Source: an archaeon (GTDB lineage: Archaea > Iainarchaeota > Iainarchaeia > Iainarchaeales > CSSED10-239). Taken from it: a stretch of 32,000 bases of DNA. The translations under genes were made by a program, and so were the position numbers. The number at the start of each line of letters is the position of its first letter. The stretch's first letter is position 1. Below the pieces are notes generated by a model. The model made no database searches, was not told the origin of the DNA, and was given only the letters and a program-made list of their open reading frames with translations. Below, one piece after another: positions 23,684 to 32,000 of the stretch. The stretch spans positions 90,001 to 122,000 of the forward strand of contig JBBABY010000003.1 in the NCBI GenBank assembly GCA_041657425.1. Reading direction: 5' to 3'.

Positions 23684-25066
23684 CTAAAACTCCTTTATTG
23701 GGTGGTCATTCTTGTCTCCGCGCCCAACGCCTTTATAAATAAAACCTTTATTAATAAATGTATCTGGATCGATTACATTTCTGCCATCGACTATCACAAC
23801 TTTATTCCCCGGTATGTTTTCTGGCGTTAAATTTTTATACATGTTATGCCCAGTCATTATTGCAACAGCATCTATATTTTTAAGGGCGCGATTTATATCA
23901 CGTTCAATAGTTGCATTATAATGTGATGCGACATATGGATCATGAATAACGACTTCCCCTCCTGATTGAACAATCAAATCCCTATATTTTCCCGACGGGG
24001 TATTTCTATCATCATCAGAATTTGCAATAAATGCCCAACCAAGAATAGCAATTTTTGAACCATGAATTTCTTTATCAACGCGTTTCAAACCATCAACAGC
24101 CAAATTAAAAATATGATCCGGCATAAAATCATTTAAATGTCTTGCGGAAACAAATAGTGACTCCACACCTTCTGGATAATCCAGCCCCCCGCTTAATTTA
24201 ACACCGCGTTCCAAATGGTAAGTATCTTTTGTAAGACAATGCCCACCAACCCCCGCACCCGGCATCAGGATTTCACGCGAAACCCCTTCTCCTTTTAATG
24301 AGTTTATCCCATTCCGCACATCATAAATATTTATTCCCATTGCTTCGCAATATAACGCCAATTGATTAGCAGCCGCGATTTGTAAATCCCTAAAAGTGTT
24401 CTCTGCGGTTTTTGTAACTTCTGCTGCTGTTGCACTCATTTTTATTAGTTTGCCTTTAGTAAGAAGTAGTGTATACAAATCCACGGCGCGGTTCGTACTC
24501 GCTTCATTAATGCCCCCAACAATACGATCATACTCCCGAATATTTTTTATGAGCCGTCCTACCATAACCCGCTCTGGGGCATGTGCCAGATAAAAATCTT
24601 TGCCCACGACCAACCCCGATTCTGTTTCAAGAATGTCTTTGACTATTCCCACAGTTGTCCCCGGGGTAACAGTTGACTCCAACACCACCAAAGTTTCCGG
24701 TTTTATATTTTTTCCAACTTCTTTAACACCATCAAACAATGCAGAAAAATCTGGGATCAAATCATCTTTGTTTTTAAAAGGAGTTTGAATTGAAATTGTG
24801 ACTGCATCGCATTCTCGAATTTTACTAAAATCGGATGTACATAAAAATTTCTTATCGTGAACAACGCGTCGTATTAGTTCCGATAACCCCGGTTCATCAC
24901 CCTTCAAAGGGTTCCGACCATCGTTTAACATTTCGATTTTATAACCAGAATTTTTTGAATTGCGCTGAAATCCATACACCTTTTTATAATATGGAGAGTC
25001 GGCAAACAACATTGCAGCAGGAATGCCCACGTAACCCATACCCACAACACCAATGGTCTCCATCAA
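23684..25066 (-). CDS. wbpA: UDP-N-acetyl-D-glucosamine (or -mannosamine) 6-dehydrogenase, WbpA/WecC family
   Basis: N-terminal Rossmann motif GVVGMGYVGIP and catalytic GGHCLTKD. The WbpA assignment comes from the context with B/E/D-like genes. Confidence 0.85.
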   Translation of the reverse strand: MMETIGVVGMGYVGIPAAMLFADSPYYKKVYGFQRNSKNSGYKIEMLNDGRNPLKGDEPGLSELIRRVVHDKKFLCTSDFSKIRECDAVTISIQTPFKNKDDLIPDFSALFDGVKEVGKNIKPETLVVLESTVTPGTTVGIVKDILETESGLVVGKDFYLAHAPERVMVGRLIKNIREYDRIVGGINEASTNRAVDLYTLLLTKGKLIKMSATAAEVTKTAENTFRDLQIAAANQLALYCEAMGINIYDVRNGINSLKGEGVSREILMPGAGVGGHCLTKDTYHLERGVKLSGGLDYPEGVESLFVSARHLNDFMPDHIFNLAVDGLKRVDKEIHGSKIAILGWAFIANSDDDRNTPSGKYRDLIVQSGGEVVIHDPYVASHYNATIERDINRALKNIDAVAIMTGHNMYKNLTPENIPGNKVVIVDGRNVIDPDTFINKGFIYKGVGRGDKNDHPIKEF

Positions 25067-25974
25067 TTTAACCCCGACTCTATTTTATGCGCGATATTAA
25101 GATTTCTCAATCCCTGCTCCAATGTTACTGGGAAAGACATTTTTGTTTCAACGCAATTAAGAAATGTAGATAATTCCTCTTTAAGAGGTTCTAACTTTGG
25201 AACCATAACTTTTTCAACTATTCCTTCCCTTGTGTATTTATTATTATTCATATTATATCGTTCGGGCTTACTATAAATAGTAATCTCCTGTGTCATATAA
25301 TCACCTTCGATTGTATAATCTTCCTGTTCAATGTATATACTTCGAATCTTCTTTGACGCTTTTCTGCTTGCAGATAAATAAACTGTTGTTTTATCAAAAT
25401 CTAATAGCGCGCCACAAATATCATTGCTCCCAGAACTGTAAATATATTCTGTCGGTTTCCAGTCCAATAAATTATACACAACATCAATATCATGAATCAT
25501 AAGATCCAAAACCACAGATCCAGTAACACGCGCGGATGCCGGGTTATGACGTTTAGATTCAATGTATATTGGTGAATCAATTATCTTTTTTATTTCTTTA
25601 ACAATCGGGTTGAACCTTTCAATTTGCCCGACCCCACAAATCAACCCAGAAGGAGTCATTTCTATTAATTGTTTGGCGTCTAAAACAGATTCGCAGGCTG
25701 GCTTTTCGATCAGCAGGGGTATATTAGATTCGATTACTTTCTTTGCCACCTCATAATGATACTGCGTTGGAACACAAATACTGACTGCATCAACTTTTTC
25801 TAAAAGATTATCTATCGATGCGCAATATATTCCGTTATTTTTCGTCGCCACTTCTTTTGCAACACTTTCATTTATATCAGTCACAAATAAATTATCCACA
25901 TTTTTTAATTCCGAATAAACACGAGCATGATTCTTCCCCATCATACCCACACCAATAACACCAACATTAAGCAT
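25063..25974 (-). CDS. wbpB: Gfo/Idh/MocA-family NAD-dependent oxidoreductase, WbpB-like (UDP-GlcNAcA 3-dehydrogenase)
   Basis: N-terminal VGVIGVGMMGKNHA. 303 aa. 4-nt and 8-nt overlaps with its neighbours. Confidence 0.8.
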   Translation of the reverse strand: MLNVGVIGVGMMGKNHARVYSELKNVDNLFVTDINESVAKEVATKNNGIYCASIDNLLEKVDAVSICVPTQYHYEVAKKVIESNIPLLIEKPACESVLDAKQLIEMTPSGLICGVGQIERFNPIVKEIKKIIDSPIYIESKRHNPASARVTGSVVLDLMIHDIDVVYNLLDWKPTEYIYSSGSNDICGALLDFDKTTVYLSASRKASKKIRSIYIEQEDYTIEGDYMTQEITIYSKPERYNMNNNKYTREGIVEKVMVPKLEPLKEELSTFLNCVETKMSFPVTLEQGLRNLNIAHKIESGLN

Positions 25975-27046
25975 TTTCTACAACCCCATTTATTGTATCA
26001 CAAACATATTTTAAATCGTCCGTTGTCAACGAAGGATGAACCGGTATACTCAATATCTCACCACTTATTTTTTCCGCAACCGGACATTCAACATTCATAT
26101 TTTTATACATTGGTTGTTTATTGATCGAAATGGGATAATGAATCGCCGTATCAATACCCTTTTGTTTTAATATGTTAATAATTTCACTTCTTGTAATCGG
26201 GCAATCATCAGTTATCCGTATAACATACTGATGAAAAACGTGTTTACAATAATCACGACGCTTCGGTAATATTACCCCGTGCGCTTTCAAATGTTCATCG
26301 TAATAATTTGCATTACAAATCCGTCGCGCGTTAAATAAATTCAACTTCTCCAATTGTGCAATACCTATCGAAGCAGCAATATCGGTCATACGATAATTAT
26401 AACCGAGTGAAGTGTGAAGATACTTCTCACTCTGCCCATGATTAATGAAACGACGAACATTATTATTTATTTCGATTAAATTTGTCGTAACCATCCCACC
26501 TTCCCCGGTTGTCATATTTTTTGTTGCATAAAAACTAAAACAACCAGCCTGACCGAAACCGCCAACCGGTTTGCCGTGATAGGTTGAACCATGCGCTTGC
26601 GCTGCATCTTCAATCAAGGAAATACCAAAATTTAAAATTCTTTTAATATCAAACGGTTGCCCGAATAAATGGACACCAATGATTGCCTTCGTAGAATCCG
26701 AAATCAAATTTTCTACATTCGCCAGATCGATTGTAAAATAATCTGATTCGATATCTGCGAATACCGGAGTTGCGCCGCACATCGAAACTGCACTTGCTGT
26801 TGCAATAAAAGAAAATGCGGGGACTATAACTTCATCACCCTTTCCAATACCTATCGAAGATAACGCAGCATGAAGTGCAGCCGTGCCACTGTTTACAGCC
26901 ACGGAATATTTTACACCACAGTAATCGGAATACTTCTCTTCAAATTCTTTTACTTTCTTCCCCTGCGCAAGGTTGCCCGATTTTAAGACATTCAATGCCG
27001 CTTCTGTTTCTTCATCACCAATAATTGGATGTGCCATACGTATCAT
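25967..27046 (-). CDS. wbpE: DegT/DnrJ/EryC1/StrS-family PLP aminotransferase, WbpE-like
   Basis: 359 aa. FSFYATKNMTTGEGG contains the PLP-binding lysine. Typical N-terminal layout. Confidence 0.88.
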   Translation of the reverse strand: MIRMAHPIIGDEETEAALNVLKSGNLAQGKKVKEFEEKYSDYCGVKYSVAVNSGTAALHAALSSIGIGKGDEVIVPAFSFIATASAVSMCGATPVFADIESDYFTIDLANVENLISDSTKAIIGVHLFGQPFDIKRILNFGISLIEDAAQAHGSTYHGKPVGGFGQAGCFSFYATKNMTTGEGGMVTTNLIEINNNVRRFINHGQSEKYLHTSLGYNYRMTDIAASIGIAQLEKLNLFNARRICNANYYDEHLKAHGVILPKRRDYCKHVFHQYVIRITDDCPITRSEIINILKQKGIDTAIHYPISINKQPMYKNMNVECPVAEKISGEILSIPVHPSLTTDDLKYVCDTINGVVENA

Positions 27047-27519
27047 TTCATCACCATCGGCTTATCAACTATTCTCGCAGGATAACCGATTGCCATTTTA
27101 CCTGCTGGAACATTCTTTGTCACAAGCGAACCCGCTGCTACAAAACACCCCTTCCCCAATTTTACACCCGGAAGAATAATCGCGCACGCTCCAATGACCA
27201 CACCGTCCATGATTGACGGACCACCCAAATATTTGGAGGGGGGGTATTTATCGTTCGTCATTGTCACACATGGCCCGATAAATACATTATCACCAATAGC
27301 GGTTTTTGTTGGAATAAAAACCATGCTTTGAATATTGATATCATTACCAAGATAACAATTTCCTTCAATAATACTTGAAGAACCAACTTTAACATTATTT
27401 CCGATAGTTGTATGTTCCCGTATCAAAACGTTATGACCAGTAACAAAATTATCTCCAATCTTTACATCATCATATATTATAGCCCCGGATCTAATAAGTG
27501 AATTTTCTCCAATAATCAT
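27043..27519 (-). CDS. wbpD: Left-handed beta-helix (hexapeptide) N-acetyltransferase, WbpD-like
   Basis: 158 aa with repeated [LIV]-G-x4 hexapeptides (IGDNVFIGPCVTM etc.). Confidence 0.85.
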   Translation of the reverse strand: MIIGENSLIRSGAIIYDDVKIGDNFVTGHNVLIREHTTIGNNVKVGSSSIIEGNCYLGNDINIQSMVFIPTKTAIGDNVFIGPCVTMTNDKYPPSKYLGGPSIMDGVVIGACAIILPGVKLGKGCFVAAGSLVTKNVPAGKMAIGYPARIVDKPMVMK

Positions 27520-28628
27520 AATGTTACTTCCTTTATCAATTTCTCAAAATCTTTCGCCCTGTTTTTCCAATCAAAGTTTTCTATATTATTTAAAACTTTT
27601 GGTTTGTTATTTTCTATATATTTAATCTTTTCAACATATTCTCCTATATTTTTATAAACAAACAAATTATCTGTTCCCATTGCAATCATATCGGGGATTG
27701 GCGTTGTGATAATTGGTTTCCCACATGCGGTATATTCAAAAAATTTATTTGGTAACGCAATGTTTCTCCACTGTGGAGGTATAGGGGGGATAGCACAAAC
27801 ATCCATCATAGAAATATAATGTGGCAATTCATTGTAAGGTTTCAACCCGGTAAAAATAACATTATCAAATAAATTTAAATTATTAACTAAAGATTTTAAT
27901 TCCTTCCCATATTCAGTAAATAATGAATCCCCGACAATGAGCAATTTCATATTAGGATTATATTTAAGCAATTTGGGCATAGCCTTAATTATTTCATCAA
28001 GACCATACCAACGTTCAACACTCCCTACAAACCCGATGACGAAATCATTATCATTTGTTTTTGGCATCGGTTTAAAAATGGAGGTATCCACTCCGTTTGT
28101 AATAAGTTCCGATTCGAATCCCAGCGCATTTAACTTTTTAACCAGTGAGGGGGAAACCGTGACAATTTTATTACTACGTTCAAGATTATATTTTGTAATG
28201 TCCAGAACCGACATGCGCACGACTTCCTTGAGAATATTATTTTTTATATACATTGCCGCGCTGTCCGGGAACCAATCTTTTAAATCAAAAACCACGGGAA
28301 CCTTATATTTGTTGGCCGCGCAGATCACTGCTGTGCCCGCGAGAATGTTTGCTACAACCACGGCATCATAATGTTCGTGATGTAGTATTGCATCAAATTT
28401 ATAAAAATGATATGGCGCGTTTAATGTGTAATGCAAAAATGGGGACTTGATATTAAACATTGTAACTTCTTCAGGAATAAGAAGGGTCGCGCGGTCGTTG
28501 TTATTACTTACGTGAAAATGCGCGACGTGTATTTCATGACGTGTTGCCAGTTCTTCAAAAATATAATGATGACGGCTTGGAACTGGATGGTGAATGTAAT
28601 CTTGAGAAGAAACGAGAAGAATTTTCAT
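27516..28628 (-). CDS. Glycosyltransferase family 4 (GT-B, group 1)
   Basis: 370 aa. C-terminal FFEYTACGKPIITT (EX7E-type motif). First gene of the operon. TATA-like ATATATAA (plus 28656-28663) lies ~28 nt upstream. Confidence 0.85.
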   Translation of the reverse strand: MKILLVSSQDYIHHPVPSRHHYIFEELATRHEIHVAHFHVSNNNDRATLLIPEEVTMFNIKSPFLHYTLNAPYHFYKFDAILHHEHYDAVVVANILAGTAVICAANKYKVPVVFDLKDWFPDSAAMYIKNNILKEVVRMSVLDITKYNLERSNKIVTVSPSLVKKLNALGFESELITNGVDTSIFKPMPKTNDNDFVIGFVGSVERWYGLDEIIKAMPKLLKYNPNMKLLIVGDSLFTEYGKELKSLVNNLNLFDNVIFTGLKPYNELPHYISMMDVCAIPPIPPQWRNIALPNKFFEYTACGKPIITTPIPDMIAMGTDNLFVYKNIGEYVEKIKYIENNKPKVLNNIENFDWKNRAKDFEKLIKEVTL

Positions 28629-28674
28629 ATCTATATACGTATTGGTTGTGATGAGTTATATATGTTTCGATTAG

Positions 28675-28751
28675 TGGGCCAGATCGGATTTGAACCGATG
28701 AAATCTCCCGGTTATGAGCCGGGCGCTCTAACCGGACTGAGCTACAGGCCC
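28675..28751 (-). tRNA. tRNA with anticodon CAT (Met, or Ile2 if modified)
   Basis: GGGCCTG TA GCTC AGTCCGGTTA GAGC G CCCGG CTCATAA CCGGG AGATTTC ATCGG TTCAAAT CCGAT CTGGCCC A. Good D, anticodon and T arms. Oddities are a U6-U67 mismatch and a 7-nt variable loop. Confidence 0.8.
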
Positions 28752-28809
28752 GAAAAATATATTCTGGCCAAAACGAGAGTCTTTGTACACTCCATTGTTT
28801 TAACCAAAA

Positions 28810-28865
28810 GCAACCAGCGGGTGTTGAACCCGCAACGATCTGCCACGAGGGGTTATCTTGGTTGC
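28810..28865 (-). pseudogene. tRNA-derived minihelix (acceptor stem plus T arm only, 56 nt)
   Basis: GCAACCA-[25 nt]-GCGGG TTCAACA CCCGC-TGGTTGC. Perfect 7-bp acceptor and 5-bp T stem. The 25-nt linker cannot form D and anticodon arms. Confidence 0.4.
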
Positions 28866-28870
28866 ATTTT

Positions 28871-28899
28871 GACCGGCGCATTATTTTATTGCGCCGGTC
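28871..28899. other. Strong 10-bp GC-rich hairpin
   Basis: gaccggcgca-ttattttat-tgcgccggtc, followed on the plus strand by tttt. It lies in a ~500-bp ORF-free stretch. Confidence 0.5.
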
Positions 28900-29169
28900 T
28901 TTTACACAAACTATTTTCACAAATGTCAATATTAGACGATTGTTTTATGGCGGTTGTTGGTAAGTATCCGCCAAACTTATTCCTGTGCGGAAAGCAAAGC
29001 ATGAGAGATGATTAGTCGGACTTCTGTACATTAGCTCAAAAGTTCTAACCATAAGAATGTTGGAGGTTTCGAAAATTCGCTGACCTCACATTCGTATTGA
29101 TTTTGTAACTCTTGGCTATACTATTGTATGACTTATAAGTATTTAAAACTTATTCTTCACCGTATTTTT

Positions 29170-29197
29170 AATTAGTCTAATCCAAATTAGACTAATT
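29170..29197. promoter_or_regulatory. 12-bp perfect palindrome (candidate operator) upstream of a TATA box
   Basis: AATTAGTCTAAT-ccaa-ATTAGACTAATT. TTTAAATA at 29224-29231 lies ~27 nt downstream. An AGGTGA and a TTG start at 29272 follow. Confidence 0.45.
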
Positions 29198-29271
29198 CAA
29201 AGTATACTAAATGAATAGAAAGGTTTAAATATGATAATGTCATTATAATAAAATAATAAAGGTGAAACATC

Positions 29272-29454
29272 TTGACGACAAAAGGCAAAAATATAAAGGT
29301 TGAAAGAATAAATACAAGAGCATTCAACAAAACCGGGAAGATAGGTAAATCACAATTAGTTTCTATTCAAAAAAGAAGCAAACACGGTTTTGGAGGAAGG
29401 TCGGGGCATTTAACAAAAACTATAAGAGGATCTCGCCGCGCAACACGAAGATAA
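29272..29454 (+). CDS. Small very basic protein (60 aa, TTG start)
   Basis: TATA box, AGGTGA and a 7-nt spacer precede TTG. Lys/Arg-rich (…KRSKHGFGGRSGHLTKTIRGSRRATRR). Family not recognised. Confidence 0.45.
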   Translation: MTTKGKNIKVERINTRAFNKTGKIGKSQLVSIQKRSKHGFGGRSGHLTKTIRGSRRATRR

Positions 29455-29523
29455 CCACCAATCTGTTTTATAAATTTCCAGACGAAACTATTTTATACTA
29501 CATCTTAATAACCTTTATATATC

Positions 29524-30630
29524 ATGCGTCCATCTCTTTCTATAATCATCCCCACTTACAACGAAGAAGAAAACATTCAAAACACAATACAAAAAATTTC
29601 TCATACTCTTCGTCTCACCACTATAACTTTTGAAATAATCGTTGTCGATGATTCTTCCACGGATAAGACACAACTTATTGTTACCGATCTTATCATTAGG
29701 AAGTATCCCGTGGTTTTAATAACGCGCACAAAAGATCCGGGACTTTCCCAATCTGTTATTGCCGGAATAAATAAAGCGCGCGGAAACGTGGTGGTAGTGA
29801 CGGACGCAGATTTATCGCACTCAATAGAAATTATTCCTGCAATGTTCAATGAAATAAAAAACAATAATGTAGATATCGCAATTGGGTCAAGATATATGCC
29901 AAATGGTGGTATCAAAGACTGGCCTTTAAAACGTCGTGTTATTTCTTTCGGGGCAACATTCCTCGGTCGCCTCCTTTTCCCGAAAATTACCGATCCAATT
30001 TCCGGATTCTTCGGAGCAAAAAAGGATTTAATAATGCACACACCTTCATTAAACCCACGGTGTGGATATAAAATCTTATTGGAGATTCTTTCAAAATGCC
30101 ATTGGACTATAGTGAAAGAATTACCGTATGTTTTCACAAACAGAAAAGTGGGTGAAAGCAAATTAAAGAAATCCACAATTATTCAATTCGCAAAACAATT
30201 TATTGATAATGCATTGTTCCCCGGACGTGGAAGAGAAGAATTAAGAAAGATGGTAAAATTTGGGATCGTTGGTCTTATCGGAGTGGCAACAAATATGATT
30301 TGTTTGTCCGTGTTCAAAGAAGTTTTTAATACGCCTTTGGTTTTTGCAAGTTTCCTAGCGATAGAAATAAGTATTATAACAAATTTTTTAATGAATGATA
30401 ATTTTACATTTAAAGGAGCAAAATGCCAAAAATCATTCCTTCACAGAATGTTTAGTTATAATTCAATCTGTATTGGATCAATGATAATAAATGTTACTGT
30501 TTTGGTGGCACTAACATTCGTAGGAATAAACTATTTAATAGGAAATGCTATAGGAATAGTAATCGGATATATTTGGAATTTTTTGATGAATAGAAGAATA
30601 ACTTGGGTGGAAAATTCACCCAAGTTTTAA
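29524..30630 (+). CDS. GT2 dolichyl-phosphate hexose synthase-like glycosyltransferase fused to a C-terminal GtrA-like membrane domain
   Basis: IIIPTYNEEENI, VVDDSSTD and DADLSH motifs. The C-terminal 4-TM region KFGIVGLIGVATNM... is typical of GtrA. Confidence 0.88.
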   Translation: MRPSLSIIIPTYNEEENIQNTIQKISHTLRLTTITFEIIVVDDSSTDKTQLIVTDLIIRKYPVVLITRTKDPGLSQSVIAGINKARGNVVVVTDADLSHSIEIIPAMFNEIKNNNVDIAIGSRYMPNGGIKDWPLKRRVISFGATFLGRLLFPKITDPISGFFGAKKDLIMHTPSLNPRCGYKILLEILSKCHWTIVKELPYVFTNRKVGESKLKKSTIIQFAKQFIDNALFPGRGREELRKMVKFGIVGLIGVATNMICLSVFKEVFNTPLVFASFLAIEISIITNFLMNDNFTFKGAKCQKSFLHRMFSYNSICIGSMIINVTVLVALTFVGINYLIGNAIGIVIGYIWNFLMNRRITWVENSPKF

Positions 30631-30790
30631 TTCCTTACCAAAACCGACCCAACCGTAACATACCTTGCCCGGCATTGCCGCACCAAAACAAACCTTACCC
30701 AACCAAACCCGTTTCAACAACGGTATATAATAATAAACTTTAATAATATTTATATCTTTTGGTAATAAAAAAGTTAATAATAATTAATTT

Positions 30791-31255
30791 TTAATTTTCA
30801 TCCGCTTTCGTAACTCCATGCCCAGCAAAGTTTATCTGCGTTTTGTAGTTCGCATTAACTTGTGCAATAGCATATTCATTCCCGGCTGCTTGTTCATTTA
30901 AGAATGTTAATGCATATATACCGGGTTTAAAAAATGCATCATACTTTCCATTGGCATCTAGTTCAATGGTTTTATTTTCTCCAACCGGGTTATATAGATT
31001 AAGATTATCTTTTTGAATAAGAGCGTTCATTGTTCCCAGATTATATTTTTCATCTTTCAGAACAACTTCTTGAATAATAACATCTTTAGTTATTAGTGTA
31101 TGCCCACACATTGCTTGGATGTATAGAGAGCCGGTTCCATCTCCGTTATTAATGACAACAGGAGCATATTTATTTGGATCGGGCATTGCGCCGACCGAAC
31201 ATACTAACGCACTTATAACAACAAGTGTTGCGATTAATATAATTTTAACGCGCAT
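30791..31255 (-). CDS. Small secreted beta-sandwich protein
   Basis: Signal MRVKIILIATLVVISALVCSVGA. The ELDANGKYDAFFKPGIYALTF motif is CarboxypepD_reg-like. Confidence 0.7.
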   Translation of the reverse strand: MRVKIILIATLVVISALVCSVGAMPDPNKYAPVVINNGDGTGSLYIQAMCGHTLITKDVIIQEVVLKDEKYNLGTMNALIQKDNLNLYNPVGENKTIELDANGKYDAFFKPGIYALTFLNEQAAGNEYAIAQVNANYKTQINFAGHGVTKADEN

Positions 31256-31320
31256 AAAAATGTATAGTGTGTTATAGTAGTTAAAGGTTTCTATTACAAA
31301 AATGTTGATAAATTATAAAT

Positions 31321-32000
31321 TTATACAAACGATTGAATTATTTGATACCCTTGACTTACTTCTCCACTGGGAGAATTTGCATTATAAATTATCATAGTAA
31401 CATACCCCATTTTCGAATCAGATACTATGATATACGCAGATACATGTGTATTATCCTTCGAAGAATCAAAAGACATCGACCGCGCGGGGTTTCCATTTAT
31501 TTTGTAATATGTTGGATCAAATTGAACATTTGTATATCCATCTTTCTCATAAGAATCAATTAGCGAATTTTCGTCAAGTTCGTCATCGGTAATATATCCC
31601 TTATCTAATATGGAAATAAATTGAGAAGATCCAAATATCATTGTACTTATATCCACACCTTCTCCTGCTACTATTGTAGATTTTGATGGCGAAATAATAT
31701 AAATCGCATCTGTTAATTGAAGGTTAGATGTTGACCCATCGGAAGTAGCAGACTTCATTTGTGAACCGCTTATGGTTTTTACAGTCCACGAATTTGGATA
31801 AAAAAGATGTTTATCACTCCCGGGTATAATTACTTCGCTTGTTCCACGCGACGAATATCCAGAAACAGATTTTATTATAGGAGCAGGGGTGGGCACCGTG
31901 GGTATTGTAGTTGGATATGAATATAGTAGAGCAGGTTGCCCGATTTCTTTAACAGTTACTACAGTTGGTGTAGGAGTATTATTTATACATCCAGCAATAC
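31321..32000 (-). CDS. Secreted protein, probable lipoprotein; the 5' end lies beyond the window
   Basis: The ORF track starts at GTG 31896, but the frame stays open to 32000. The upstream residues read ...IAGCINNTPTPTVVTVKEIG..., a lipobox-like AGC followed by a Thr/Pro linker. Confidence 0.7.
   Translation of the reverse strand, partial: IAGCINNTPTPTVVTVKEIGQPALLYSYPTTIPTVPTPAPIIKSVSGYSSRGTSEVIIPGSDKHLFYPNSWTVKTISGSQMKSATSDGSTSNLQLTDAIYIISPSKSTIVAGEGVDISTMIFGSSQFISILDKGYITDDELDENSLIDSYEKDGYTNVQFDPTYYKINGNPARSMSFDSSKDNTHVSAYIIVSDSKMGYVTMIIYNANSPSGEVSQGYQIIQSFV

Noticed and set aside
28431-29015. Listed 194-aa plus-strand ORF and 124-aa minus-strand ORF (28555..28929)
   Set aside because: Both run through tRNA-Met(CAT), the tRNA minihelix and the strong hairpins, and their sequences have no protein-like features.
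28995-29090. Possible C/D-box sRNA (AGATGATTA ... CTGA with TGAG/CTCA terminal stem)
   Set aside because: The C-box has T instead of the G needed for pairing with the D box. The C-to-D distance of about 80 nt is long, and no clear C'/D' boxes are present.

Overview
AT-rich archaeal DNA of about 38% GC. The archaeal call rests on TATA-box promoters about 20-30 nt upstream of start codons, a bulge-helix-bulge (BHB) tRNA intron, an A24 prepilin/preflagellin-type peptidase, and AglD/Dpm1-like and Wbp-type glycan genes. The window has four parts. (1) 1-18.3 kb is a dense block of ORFans with overlapping start and stop codons. It holds a >985-aa protein running off the left edge that the ORF track does not list. 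It also holds a 1900-aa secreted protein (glycine-rich module, about 11 PKD repeats, carboxypeptidase-regulatory-like domains) in an operon with polytopic and small membrane proteins. A second secreted protein carries the same glycine-rich module. Other genes are an HNH/Zn-ribbon protein, several unlisted ~50-aa CxxC...CxxC Zn-ribbon genes, and a divergent operon with an anchored 539-aa surface protein and an A24 aspartic peptidase. No housekeeping genes are present, so this is either a virus/integrated-element-like block or a surface-appendage island. (2) 18.3-19.6 kb is a solitary intact TnpB (IS200/IS605 OrfB type) with candidate omega-RNA hairpins at its 3' end. (3) 19.75-21.9 kb is a minus-strand array of tRNA and tRNA-like genes. 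Gln(UUG) and Ile(UAU) fold normally, apart from C8 in Gln. One tRNA-like gene has a clean BHB intron around anticodon CGC. Several others have good T-arm and acceptor stems but non-canonical interiors. A ~210-nt hairpin-dense unknown RNA region and a small Cys-rich gene islet also lie here. (4) 21.9-30.6 kb is a glycan locus: an AsnB-like amidotransferase, a WbpA/B/E/D-like set for UDP-2,3-diacetamido-2,3-dideoxy-glucuronate, GT4, tRNA-Met(CAT), and a GT2-GtrA fusion. Two secreted proteins or lipoproteins follow at the right edge. No CRISPR array or rRNA was seen. All calls come from reading the sequence and from motif recognition; no database search was possible.
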